In this document: in pieces, positions 35,361 to 47,091 of the stretch
Layout of the letters: each line of letters starts with the position of its first letter
Position numbering within the stretch: position 1 is the first letter of the stretch
Origin: Podospora anserina
Taxonomy: Eukaryota
Direction of reading: 5' to 3'
Assembly: GCA_017654855.1 (NCBI GenBank)
Contig: CM030332.1
Coordinates: 5,456,001-5,520,000 of the forward strand
DNA: 64,000 nt
Notes under the pieces: model-generated
What the model was told of the DNA's origin: nothing
Databases searched by the model: none
Seen by the model: only the letters and a program-made list of their open reading frames with translations
Made by a program: the position numbers and the translations under genes

Positions 35361-37147
35361 GTAGGTAGGTGTCATGACACTTATCACATGGTTATGAAGG
35401 AGGCTCTACGGGATACACGTGTATCATGGATACCAAGGGACGTTGCAACGGGTTCGCAGACGGTTACAAAGGGGTCAACGGTTAGTCATGGGCGTTGTCA
35501 GCCAGTGAGGCATTCGAGGGAACACTAGTTATTGTATGGCTACAGACAGGATCGGAGTCAAATCCAACAACATACTAGTTTCAACCTTCTACACTGGTGC
35601 TCATTTGTTTGAGTTTTACCCCTAGCCAAACGGTAAAAAAAACACGTCAAACACATCTCGAATCGCTGAAAGATTTCACGACAGAAGTTCCCCTTGCGTA
35701 AACAACTGCTCTCACTGCAGTGATCGATAAGCGTCAGTCCCATATTGCTGTGCTGGCAACCAAAGGACGGCATCTTGATCTACCTCCCTAATGACATATT
35801 ACATCGAAATCGAAATTTCGACTCACCATATCAAGCCATGAGAGGATCTCCTGTCAGGCCACAAGTGAATTGTGGGTGAAACTATCATCAACTTGCCTCT
35901 TCGAAGCATGTGTCCAGCGTGTGGAGAAGGAGGCCTCTTTCGAACTGTGGTTCGGGCAATGCACGGTACTTGTGTCAGCGACTCGGAAAATACTTCGTCA
36001 CACCAGAGAATCACAGCACCACACCGTTTTATCGCGGCTTCACTGCCCATCTCGCGATGATTTTCTCGCATTCCTTTCTTTTTTTATCTCAACGCATCAG
36101 CTCCTGGCGAGATCTGGAAGGTGCTGCAGTTGGGGGCAGGGCTCAGGCGGCGTTATTCATCAACGGCTCCAACAGCCACCCCAATTCGAGCGCGAAAGAC
36201 GGTCAGGAGTCACTATGAAATGTCAAAGCTGTAGCGGAGGCCTCTCGAAAGATATATAACATCTATGATATCCCAACTGCTACTCGCATGTGGCTGTGTG
36301 CTGGAGTATGCTGACCTCACCTTGACAACAGCATAGTGTTATGTGTAACGTCAGGTGAGACTCTGGGTAACCCTGATGCTGCCAAAAGAAGCCAACCCTA
36401 CCTACCTATGCAGTTTATGGTATTGCAACTCACCAAAGGTGGTCGCTACCTTTCAAAATGGATCCTGTCGACATTTAATAAAGACGTGAAGAACAGGTGC
36501 AGCGAGATTGCACATGGTTTTGCTGGGGTACACGAGATCCTTGTGACCCCTTGGCAAGCATAAGCCGGTGACTGCCTTCTGAGATTTTCATATTTGAAAG
36601 TTGGGTAAGCACGCCGTCACGGAAAAAAGGGCGGTGCTCAAAACCTCAAAGTTGACGATAGCAACGTGTTGCCGAGCCATTCATAGACCCGTGGTCGAGA
36701 CTGTGGATGAAAAAGGGCTTGGCAGGTTATAGTCTGGCATCTGGTGACAACGAGGAGTGATCAAAGTCACTGTCTGCACAGTTTTAACCCAGAACGTACA
36801 CTCGTAAAAACTAGCATCAATGTGAGCGTATGTCTGCTTGAAAAATCAGAAGATGAAATTTCGGGGGCTGAGTCCAGATCTGGGAGCCCAATTGCTGCTG
36901 GTGGTGGTATTTATCGTCTTGGCCTCGCTTTTAACTGGCCGTCCTCGTCAAAACCAGCGACCAACAACACTTCATGCTCCACCGCACCGCCACGGGGCCA
37001 AAAAGGTCGAGGCACATCAAGCCGTGTCTCGGCTGTTGCTACCCTTGGGAATAGGTATGTATATCAAGGACACTCCCATGACAGTCTGCTCAGAAGTAGT
37101 CATCACCACTATCACCACAACAATCCCCAACACAACCTACCATCAGC

Positions 37148-38174
37148 ATGGCCGTCAACTATACCGCCGTCGCGTGGACGCCGGTAGTCATGCTGGGCAT
37201 TGCAATCGTCCTTGGCGTTTATGTTCTGGCCCGTCTCGTACTCGATCTGTCCATCCGACGCGGCTTGGTCACCTCGAAGAAGCATCAAGATGATATCGAA
37301 AGCGACGCTCCTTCCCACAGCAGATTTAGAATAACAGCAACCCGGTCCGTTGCGCTGGCCGGAGTTATCTGCTCGCTGCTCAGCAATATCCTCGAGCTGG
37401 TCATTCTGTTTGACTACGTTGATTATTACGACCTGTCACATTTGAAACGGTACACTGCGCTCAACTTCTTTACCATTGCCGGCGGGCTTTGTCTTTTCGT
37501 CACGGCTATTCTCACCACGAAGGCCCTCGCATCCCCATCGAAGGGGCACTCGATCTCCCGGATTGTGTACACGATTTTGCTTGTCTTGATCGCTCTTTTC
37601 GCGCTGATCGTTTTCATCCTTCAGACCGTTATGTAAGTGTGAACCACTCGCCAAGTTTCCATCATTGGAATGCCTCTAACATGGTCGTCTGTACTTCAGT
37701 AATTCGATCAGAAAATATGGCTCTCGAGGAACAAACTACTCCAGACTCGCTAGGGCTACCCCCATTATCGGCCATACCTACTTCGGTTTGCTCGGTCTCA
37801 CGACTCTTGTTATTAGTATTGGCTTGATCAGACGATGGACCCAGATCCGTGGCGTTGAGGTTCCCACGGTAAGCTCGAGTTCTTGTGCTTTTCCTTGAAG
37901 AATTGAAATCTAACTTCTCATCTCCTTCCTAGGCCGAACGATCTGCTCTCAAGATGTTCACAATTGCTGCCGTGCCCGTTCTGACAGCGATTATTGTCCT
38001 CGGCATCGTCTACAGAGCCATCTTCATCGGCGGGTCGTACTCGTACTACTACTTCTTGAACGCCCTTCATGGGTATCTCGCTTACCACTTCATCTCATTG
38101 ATTTTCAATCTCTGGGGCAACATTTTGGTATTTGAGTTTGCGCGCAAGGCCATGAAGAAGCTCTCTATGATCTG
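37148..38174 (+). CDS. Polytopic membrane protein of unknown function (3 exons, ~7 hydrophobic segments)
   Basis: Hydrophobic ORF pieces joined by introns GTAAGT..CTAAC..CAG (~37633-37699) and GTAAGC..CTAAC..TAG (~37869-37932). Confidence 0.72.
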
Positions 38175-38825
38175 AAGATCGATGGGGCGATGACGGGGAT
38201 GGGAATGAGGTTACGAACTGCATTTTTGGATACCACCTGATAGACTTGATACCTCTTACTCTACATACCTAATTTACTTGGCTAGTTTCAATGATAATAT
38301 CATTCACTCTAACGAGCTGAAGTTGTTTGGAGTTTGATGGATGAGAGTTTTGGTCCACAATTTTGAATCAAGATGTCATCATTGGGTAGATTGTGAATCA
38401 TGTAATCTTTGTAGCTAGGGAGGGAGCTGACCACGAGCGATTTTCGAGGCGGCAATTTGCACACGGAAGCTGTCTTTTCCCCTCCACACCACTTCATCAT
38501 TTCCGGTTTGTGCTTCTAGAGAACACCGATTTGTTAACGCCCATGCGGTCTGCATCATTTGTCTTGTCTCATGCCTTTTGGCCCAGTGCCATTCAAAGCT
38601 TTGCCTAACCCTAGCACCAGACTCTGCCGCTCAGTCAGCCCTGCGCACCGCCAGCTTGTACGGTTTGCCTCGAATCTTTGAGCCAATAGAGTTGACAATG
38701 GCTGTGCTGCGCCCCGCTGACACGAAACTCCTTGGCGCCCTCACGATGGGGTCCTCAGCTCCCCAGCAACTCATCTCAAGTTCTCAATTACATGCAGTGT
38801 TATGTCAACTACCTTCTAGGCAGCC

Positions 38826-40979
38826 ATGGAGTTCACGCTGACATTCGGCGCTGTCGGTGATTTTCTAGCACTTCTCTCACTGATCAACGACATCAGGTCA
38901 GCCTTGGACGATTGCCGTGGTTCGAAGAAGACATATCGCGATCTCGTCGAAAGCCTAACGCTACTCCAAAAGTCGCTTGAGCAAGTAGTGAAAATATATC
39001 AAGGACCTGGTTTCGCAAGCGGGTTACAGGACCTGGGGGCAATCGCCCAAGCCACTGTCAACCAGGTCTGCGCAGCTCTTCAGGAGTTTCGAGACCGAAT
39101 CAGCAGCAAATACGGCTCCAGCCTGGCCAGCAACGGGTCAGGGAACGTCTTGAGGGATGTCACTCGAAAGATTCAATGGAAGTTTGAAGAGAAAGATGTC
39201 GAGCAGTTCCGCGCGAAGGTGGCGGGACTCACCGTGTCCTTGAACCTTCTTCTCGATGTCACGGCTGTGTAAGTAAATCAAAGAAAGCTCAACTCCCGGA
39301 CTAATCTGATGAGCTATAGACGCCTCATACAACAAAGCCAGGAGGCAACGGCCAAACGAATTGACGATGCCGAGAAAAACACAACCAAGGTAGTTCAAAA
39401 ATTTGGACAGTCGATCGAAAAGTCCTTCAGATTCATCGGTTCACGCATCATGTCGAAACTCGACTTCCTGTCTTCGATAGGGATGGATCTGAAAGACTCG
39501 GCATTTCAGATTGTCACCTTGATGTTCACTATGTCGAGAGACCTGACCAGCATGGGGGCAGTTCTCTTGAGGCTTGAGAGAGGTGTCGACAACGGCGAGC
39601 ACTTTGTGCTTGAAGACGCCACAGGACGCACACTCCCCATCCACCTCAAGACTATCACATCATGGGAGGCATTCGAGTTCATCTTGAATGATCGGTTCAA
39701 GGGGAGGAAAGGGGAGCGCAGAATCCGACGGAAGCTGTACTCGCTGCATGAGAGTGCCAGTCATCAGGAAATCGATCGATCGGCCATGTTTGAAGATGCT
39801 TTCGTGCCCTATCAAAAGGTTGACATGAGCATAGTCTGCAGAGCTCTAGAGGTTCCGCAAGCTGATAGCTCAGGTGATACGGGGCTTTCGAGTTGTCCTT
39901 GGTGTCGTGCCACTTCACCGGGCAAACTGGGAGCTCGCGTGCAATGTCCAACTTGCAAAAAGAAGTTCACTCGGGTGGTAATCGAACTAGATGACGATCT
40001 TGCTGCGCCCATTGCCCCTGTCACAGATCACACCGTGAAACCCACTGGAAAACCTGGTCCGAATGGGGAGGAATGCAGCGAGTGCCATCAACCAAAAACA
40101 CCCAGCGGTAATGACCAGAGAAGAAAGCTTCCAGTCGATCTGGAATCAGACTCTGATGAAGAAAATGTTACTGGCCTCGCCCACATTATTCTCCAGACCA
40201 AGAAAATGCGAGCCATCAAACTCAAGGAACCCGCGATTGCACCGCTTCAGGAGGCAAGCGACCCAAAAAACCAAGACGTTGCTGGAATGCAGCACCACAC
40301 TGCACATGAGGAGCATCCTTTAGAGCAACCGGTTCGCAAATCAGCAGAGCAACAGCTAAAAACTTCAGGCAAGCCCCGACTACCGGCTCCGCGGGCCGCC
40401 ACCATTGCAGACGCCGAGAAATATGGCATCCCTTCAGGATATTGGCTCAAAAACTGGGACCCCACCGAGGAGCCCATCCTCCTCCTGGGCTCGGTATTCG
40501 ATGGTAACTCGATCGGCAAGTGGATCTACGACTGGACTGTCTATGACAAGGGCCCGTCAGCACCGATTTCAGAGATGGCTGGTGAGATGTGGCTGCTTCT
40601 TATCAGACTAACCGGCAGAATCAAGCGGAGTGAAGAAGTGGTAGACAGGATAGGGGACGAAGATGACAAGGAGGTTGTGGAAGAGTTTTTGGAGGCGGGT
40701 GACCGGTTGATGGTTAAGTTTCGCAAGCTTCTCAAGGCGTGTGAGAAGCCCATGTTGGAGACCAAAAAGGAAGGGAAGCTTGGGATGGAGGCGGGTGTTC
40801 AGTTTGTTAGGTGCATGTTTGGTCGGGAGTTTGAGCTGAAGAAGACGGAGAGGTGGATGACTTCGGTTAGGTTGTGGAATTTGAGGTTTGATGCGAATTG
40901 TGAGGAGGTGATTAGGAAACCTTGGATGCAACGTGCGACTGCGCCAGAAGTGGGTGGCGAGGTTGATGTGAAGAGCTAG
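38826..40979 (+). CDS. Multidomain protein: fungal N-terminal HeLo-like/SesA-like helical domain, fungal ubiquitin-like domain with CxxC pairs, conserved C-terminal helical domain
   Basis: N-terminus FGAVGDFLAL...IQWKF...FRAKV; central FVLEDATGR.LPIHL..ITSWEAF...L..RF, QKVDMS, CPWC/CPTC; C-terminus KNWDPTEEPILLLGSVFD.NS.GKWIYDWT...SVRLWNLRFDANCE. Intron ~39269-39319. Confidence 0.8.
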
Positions 40980-41585
40980 GTGCTTACCGTGGTTTATTCA
41001 TGTTGCACAATGCCTATCTAAGCTACCTCATCTACGGTTAGGTGGTCACAGATAGGTCCAAAGTTTAAATTGGAAGTAAGACTTTGTATTGACTTTTATC
41101 GTGTGGGGTTGTGTGTATACTCGGTGGTCATCATGTCCAACGCATACATATCCAAGAAACAGCATTACACCTCTCTCTGATATCATGACTTTTGTGTATA
41201 ACGGAAATGAATTCTAGTACCACCCAACACCATGCTCAAAGGTTATCCAGCTAAATCAGAATAATGTAAACAAACAAGCAAAAGAAAAAAGAAAAAGAAA
41301 AAGAAGAAAAAACCACGCCAGATAAGCTCGACAGTGGCCCTACCCGCTGTGGAAAGACCAAAAGACAAAGCTTGACCTAGGAAGAAACACCACTTTGTCT
41401 ACCTGTGGGAACTCGTCGCCCAATTCCTCCTCAAACCAGGCCAAGAGGCGCCAAAGGATACGAAGTGGGTCAAGTTGCCAGATGAGGTTTGCTGGACCAC
41501 TCACTGTCTGGATTTTTCAGGTTCGAGAAGAGCAATAGTGCTGAGTCAGTGTTATCTTTGCTGAGAATTAGTAGTTTCGTGTGTG

Positions 41586-44422
41586 CTACCTACCGACAAG
41601 AAGCCATGGGAGTGAGGCTGAGTTGGGTGACCAGGGCGTTGCTCGGAGTCGGTTGACGAAGTAGGTTAAGGAGATGTGATGAGCTTGTGTTGGAATCCAG
41701 GAGGGCCATGATGTTGCTGGTGCGGTCCGTGGCGTAGCTTGCCGGTCGTGGGCAAGAGGTGAAGCTGTAGCTGCCTGTCTTTGATCCAGGATCTTGAGAA
41801 CTGCCTCTCGGTCTTCCTTTTCTGGATACCAACAGCAAACGGATCGAGTCCGTATCGGTGGCAAGAAAATCGTGCTCTTGGGGGGGGTTTTCTCCCCTTT
41901 TCCATTTTCCGTTCTTGAGCCTCCATCGGCATCTGTGCCCTTTTGGTTTTCACACGTGCAACTTTCACTATCGCAGGTGAGGAAGCTCCGGAGATTGACG
42001 AGGAATCCGTCCATCTGTTTGAGACACGTCCCCACTCGCAAGCGGTCAGGTCTGATGTCCCAACGCTCAATCTCGTATGAGTGCTCTCCGATAAAGAGCC
42101 TGACCATTCGGCCCGCGTCGTTCCACTCCCAAGACGGCTCCGGAAGAGCATATTCCAAGCCGAGCCTGACCAGTTTCCACGCCAAGGCGTGGGGGAACTG
42201 GATGAGATGGTTTATTACAACTGCCCACATGGTAACCTCAGCGCCAGGGGCTCTGTGGTTCAGGTCAAGTCCCATGTCCATGAGTTGTTTCAATAGCCGT
42301 AACCTTTGTAAACCCGCTGAGCGGAATCACGCATTTTTGTAAGATCTCTGTAGAAAAATGTTTTGCGAGTATTTTAAAATCTCGGAAGACTGTGATTTGC
42401 GACAATTGATACTGCCAAACGAAAACCCTCCCGCCCGGTGAGGAGCTGGGGATAATTTGGCACTTTCCAGAGAACGTAATCGGGGATGCCGTAGTCGGAG
42501 GCCATGTAGAGAGGCCAAAAGAATAGAACTGAAGTGTCGCCCCTTTCCCATACGCTTTTGGCTCTGTCATGTTCGCACTGGTACCTTTTGAGTAACTCTG
42601 TGTCAATCGCGTCCAAATAGGTGAAATAAGTTGGAGGAGCTTCCGTTAATGCCTTCAGGGACGAAACCAAACCCGCAACGGCACAGAGCGCCACATCGTC
42701 ACACAAACGGTACGAGCCGAACTCGACAGCTCTTCTTAGGGTGTCTAAATAGGCTGCAAGAGCATTGAAGTGACCATTGCTGTCGAGAAGGTGCTGATAG
42801 GCAGCGGAACCAGGCTGAAGGAATTCGACAAGAAACTCGGGGATGGAACGGTGAATGAAGTAGAAGTAACCGTGTGGAAAGCCTTCGAAAATAACTGTAA
42901 GGAGATTCCGACAACGGGCTAACAACTGTGCCGCAGACCTCGAAATTCGCTGTTCCATCTCTTCGTCGCCTATCATACCGGAACGTTGGATGCCCTTGCT
43001 GGAGCTTTGCATATATTCGTCCAAGAATGAAAACTGAGGCAATGAGCAAAGAGAAGCCTGCCAGCTTGAAAATTCGTATATTCCTGGAGCCGCCGTTAGT
43101 CTTGCAGCTACCAGCGCATAAGCCAGAGTGCAGCAAGACTCGCTCAGCTGTGACTCCGGGATCGAAGTGAGGATGGTTGTGAAGAGATCGTGAAGTTTTC
43201 GTGGCAGCAAGTCCACCTTCTTGCTGATATTATCCAGTGACTCATGGCATTCCAATGACTCGACCACATTCCGGATGGCCAAAATGACCCAAAGGAAGAC
43301 GCCTTCGGACTTGCGCGCTAGTTCACGTATGAGGCGATCACAGTCCGCAGGCTGTTTGTCTCGAAGGCCTTGGAAGTTCGGGTTTGCAAACAGTCCTTGT
43401 TTAATGACTGCCAAAATGTCCGCCGCATCGAGCTCGTGTAGCCGGAATCTCTGCTGGGCGCGAAAGCGTTCCATGAAGACTCGGTCCTCTCTGCTTGAAA
43501 CGCAGAGTTTCAGGCAGCCTCTGGAACTGTCAACCCACTCCATAATAGCGTCCAGGAGGTCATGATGTGACTGATGATCATCCTCAAATTCGTCCAGACC
43601 GTCGATGAAAAGGGCAAGCCGTTGGTGACTGTAAACATCGGGACTACACAGCAGCTGATTTAATCCGTCCGAGATCTCCTTGTTGTCAATGGAAAGCGCC
43701 GAAGGCTGAATTCCGGGTTGATATTCCGAAGGGTCCCAATGCTGTGGAAAGATGGTTTCGATGAATCCTGAGCACTGCTTCAGGATACTGTATAGCAGGG
43801 CACGCTTCAGGCCTGATAGACTTTTCTGTAAGGGAGTGCCTTGTCTCCAGAAGAAGAACTTTCCAAGCACCAACTTCCTGACATCGCCAACCCACTCTCC
43901 CAATTTCTCGTAGGTAGTCTCATGTTCAAAGAGAAATTTCATGAGCGTTGATTTTCCGGCCCCAGGCTTTCCGGAAATGTGCAATACACCATCGCCTTTT
44001 CGAAGCCACTCATCTACAAGCTGAACGGCTTTCAACTTCGACTCATGTTCTTGGAAGTCGCCTGAGGGTGTGACATCCTGGCCATCAAGAATCCATGAGT
44101 AGGTGTTGTCGGCAGCCGTGGCGATTTCCTGGAATCGCTGATCAAGGACGTGAAACTGTAATGCAGATAAAACGTTGCGCTGGTTTGAAAGTTCTCTGGC
44201 CTTTTGGACAGTTTGTGCACAATCCTCCGAGGCGTTCTGAATGCGCCGGGTAGGGCGGCAGGTGATGACGCAAGCTGCATCAGGTTTCAACCTGGAAGTG
44301 GAACCCCCCCAAAGAGCAGACCCAACTACCATGCGGTTCGAGGCCGTCATCAGATACGAATGAGGTGAGTCACGATGAGTCACTGACGAACTGGCAACAC
44401 AGTCACGCCGATCTGTCCACAA
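41586..44422 (-). pseudogene. NACHT-domain NLR-like gene, apparently N-terminally truncated and disrupted near 42.3-42.4 kb
   Basis: R..EI..A...TYSWIL, Walker A ISGKPGAGKSTLMK, Walker B LFIDGLDE, KLCVSSR, SEGVFLWV, FIHRS. TAA at 42374; downstream ORF 41586-42293 is in another frame and no in-frame intron was found. Confidence 0.75.
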
Positions 44423-44771
44423 CCATCAGATATTAACCAAGTCGAACCCCCCAGAATACACCACATCAAAGTATACTTGGACAGCAAAAAAGAGAAGATG
44501 GGAATCATAACGCTGCGTGGCAGAGCGGGAATGCACCATGATCTACCTCGCGGTAGGCATTGGACTTCGCTGGTTCGATCCCAGCCGCAGCTAAAACACC
44601 CTCTTGTTCTTTTATCTGTCCTCTAATTACCCTGCACATCTGAAGTCATTATCATGCTACACATCAGCTCCTCAGATCTCAACAAACCTCTGTCCTACTT
44701 CGACGACTGACCCCCAGCATCCAACGGAGGACCGGCAGTCTTTGGCGTCTGACAGGGAGAGTCCTCCTCCT

Positions 44772-45959
44772 TCACTCCATCCTTCTTTTTCCATCCTGGT
44801 CAGAAGTCTCATCATCACCTTCAGAGCCCGCATCTGGTCCACTGAGGCACAGTGAGCGTCCCTTCTCAAGACGAAGCCGCAATCTCTCAATACTCTGCCC
44901 CAACCCTGATATATCACCGTCTAGCTCGTTCGGCACTTCCATGTCCCCAATCTCCCTTAGACTCTTTATAATTCGCTGCCCAGCCTCGCGAATAGGGCTC
45001 CCGGAGTATCGGAAAGGATCTTCAGACTTGGGAAGGCTCCCCTCTGTGGTGGCTGGAGGCCTGGAAGGAGTCGATGAACTTGTGAAGACAAAGGCAGGGG
45101 TATTCTCGTTAGGGCTAAGACTTGCGACTGAAGAGTGCGACATGTCTGCTGTGCTGGAGGTGCCGGGTGTTCTAGACTGATCATATTTGAAGGCCGCTGG
45201 GGCAGGTGTGCCTTTGTGTGGGTTGACTGTAGGCTTGTGGGAGCCAGGGGTCTGGAAGAGCTGGGTGAAGTCAAATAAAGGTGTAGACTTGCTGACTTCT
45301 GGCGATTTGGACGGTGTTGCGCCTGGAACGGGGGTAGAAAAGCCCAGCTTTGGGGGCGTTTTTCCCGCTGGCGGTGATGCTGACTCGGTGGAGTTTAATC
45401 TAGGAGAACTGGCAGATGTTGACTGCTCTATCGTTTGTTCAACGATGGCCTCTTGCTTTAGTACCGTAGAGTCTTCCGGGTGGTCCTTGAGCATGACTTC
45501 CGTTGTTTCCTCCGATTCTGTGGAACTCAGGGGCGGCGACTGCGTTCGAGCGTGATGAGCCACGGAATCCGTGCTCAAAGATTCCTTTGATGTAGTTCGC
45601 TCCGTCTTCTGATATTGCGAACGAGCCTTCTTCAAAGCCGTCTTCCACTGCTCCACCAAGGTCTTTGCAGTTTCGTCGTCGCTGTGATATCGGCACAAGC
45701 ATTCGTGGCTCAACTCGCCGAGAAGTTCGGTCTCGAAATCGACATCGTGCGAACCAGACAGGCCGAGATCTGGGAGAATTCTCATGGTAGCCTCCCTTTT
45801 GGCCTGGCTGAGGACTCGTCGGCAGCGACGTTCTGCCCGAGTCCAGCCAAGACATGACCACGCTTGAACATCTGGATTCCACAGCTGGAGGAGTACGGAT
45901 GGCTCCCATGGTGAAAGCGAACTAGGTGACTGTTGCGATAGGTCTATCAGATCGGCCAT
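44772..45959 (-). CDS. Hypothetical protein with N-terminal Cys/His putative Zn-binding domain and Ser/Thr/Pro-rich tail (395 aa)
   Basis: Long intronless ORF; motif CLGWT..RRC....LCRYH....W. Confidence 0.75.
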   Translation of the reverse strand: MADLIDLSQQSPSSLSPWEPSVLLQLWNPDVQAWSCLGWTRAERRCRRVLSQAKREATMRILPDLGLSGSHDVDFETELLGELSHECLCRYHSDDETAKTLVEQWKTALKKARSQYQKTERTTSKESLSTDSVAHHARTQSPPLSSTESEETTEVMLKDHPEDSTVLKQEAIVEQTIEQSTSASSPRLNSTESASPPAGKTPPKLGFSTPVPGATPSKSPEVSKSTPLFDFTQLFQTPGSHKPTVNPHKGTPAPAAFKYDQSRTPGTSSTADMSHSSVASLSPNENTPAFVFTSSSTPSRPPATTEGSLPKSEDPFRYSGSPIREAGQRIIKSLREIGDMEVPNELDGDISGLGQSIERLRLRLEKGRSLCLSGPDAGSEGDDETSDQDGKRRME

Positions 45960-46988
45960 GTCGAAGCTGGTTTCTCGTCACGACCAAGCATATCGAATGG
46001 AAGCGTTGCAAGATCAGGAGCTGGACGAATCATTTTGTCAAGGAACATCAACACCACGTCATGAACAAGAAGGTGCCACAAAATAGACTTCGACTTGGGA
46101 TCGGAGTCTGGTGTCGGGTGGAATGGTTTGAGTTTGGGACCTGCATCATGCTGCCCAACCACGAACTCTGAGGTGTTGTCAGCTTCATCTCATACATCCC
46201 ACATATCATGTCTTTCTCAAGCCTCGACATGCTGGCCTGGCCATATCAACTGCCGTGAAGTCGTCGCGATGGGGGAAGATACCCGGGCGAACCCAAGACC
46301 CTTGGTGCTGCTTGCAGTACGTAAGCGTGGCCAAGTAGATGCATGTGACGCTATCTTGGGGCGAATGGCAGCGCCCAAAACGGAAGACACAAAATACAAG
46401 GGAGTCGAGGTTGCAGTGCCCCGCGATATTGTTGAAGCATGAGGCTTGAGCGGTGTGGGCCCGAGGGGCATGCGGGGGGTCGTAAGGGTCCTCCAGGGTT
46501 TCTTTCTCAGTGGATCTGAGGGTATCAACGGTCGTAATGGCACGGAGTCTTGACGAACCTCGTTGCATCTTGTGAAGCTCAATCCTGAAAGTGACGATAA
46601 CATGGCTCGGGAGCCCAGTCTTGGTTAGCAGCAGTGGACACTCACTGGTGAGAGAGCTTGGCGCCGGATGGCGAGAGCTCATCCCTGCTCGGGAGCCTGC
46701 TGCTCAGGTGTTTCTCCAATGGGATGGCGCCAACTGCGGGAGCGGTGGAGCTGTTAAGCGGGGGAGATTGGAGAAGCTGCTGCGGTTCGCCAAACCGGAA
46801 CCCCCACCTGATTTCCAGCGATAGATCTGCCTGCCAGTCACTGGCGGCTTATAACCAGCCTTTGGGAGAGATAATAGGCTGTGGTGCCGGTGTTTCTTGT
46901 CACCAGGACTTTTTCCCTCGTTGTCATGCTCCGCTAAGAGGCGAGTGTTGACATGCAATATCGACTGCCTCGGTGAGGTGAAGTCCAT

Positions 46989-47059
46989 ATGGCTCCAATA
47001 TCTACACCGGGCAGCCGAGCCCAGAGCCCGGTCTCAGACCGCTCAGGCCATAGCCACCA

Positions 47060-47091
<32 letters not shown>

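Noticed and set aside
32843-35387. Long Pro/Leu/His-rich antisense ORFs over GST and hst2 (also over the Nudix gene and cys2)
   Set aside because: By-products of G-rich biased codon usage on the true coding strand.
44250-44422. Amyloid signalling motif at the NLR N-terminus
   Set aside because: No HET-s-like, PP/RHIM-like or sigma-like N/Q/G pattern here or at the neighbour's C-terminus.
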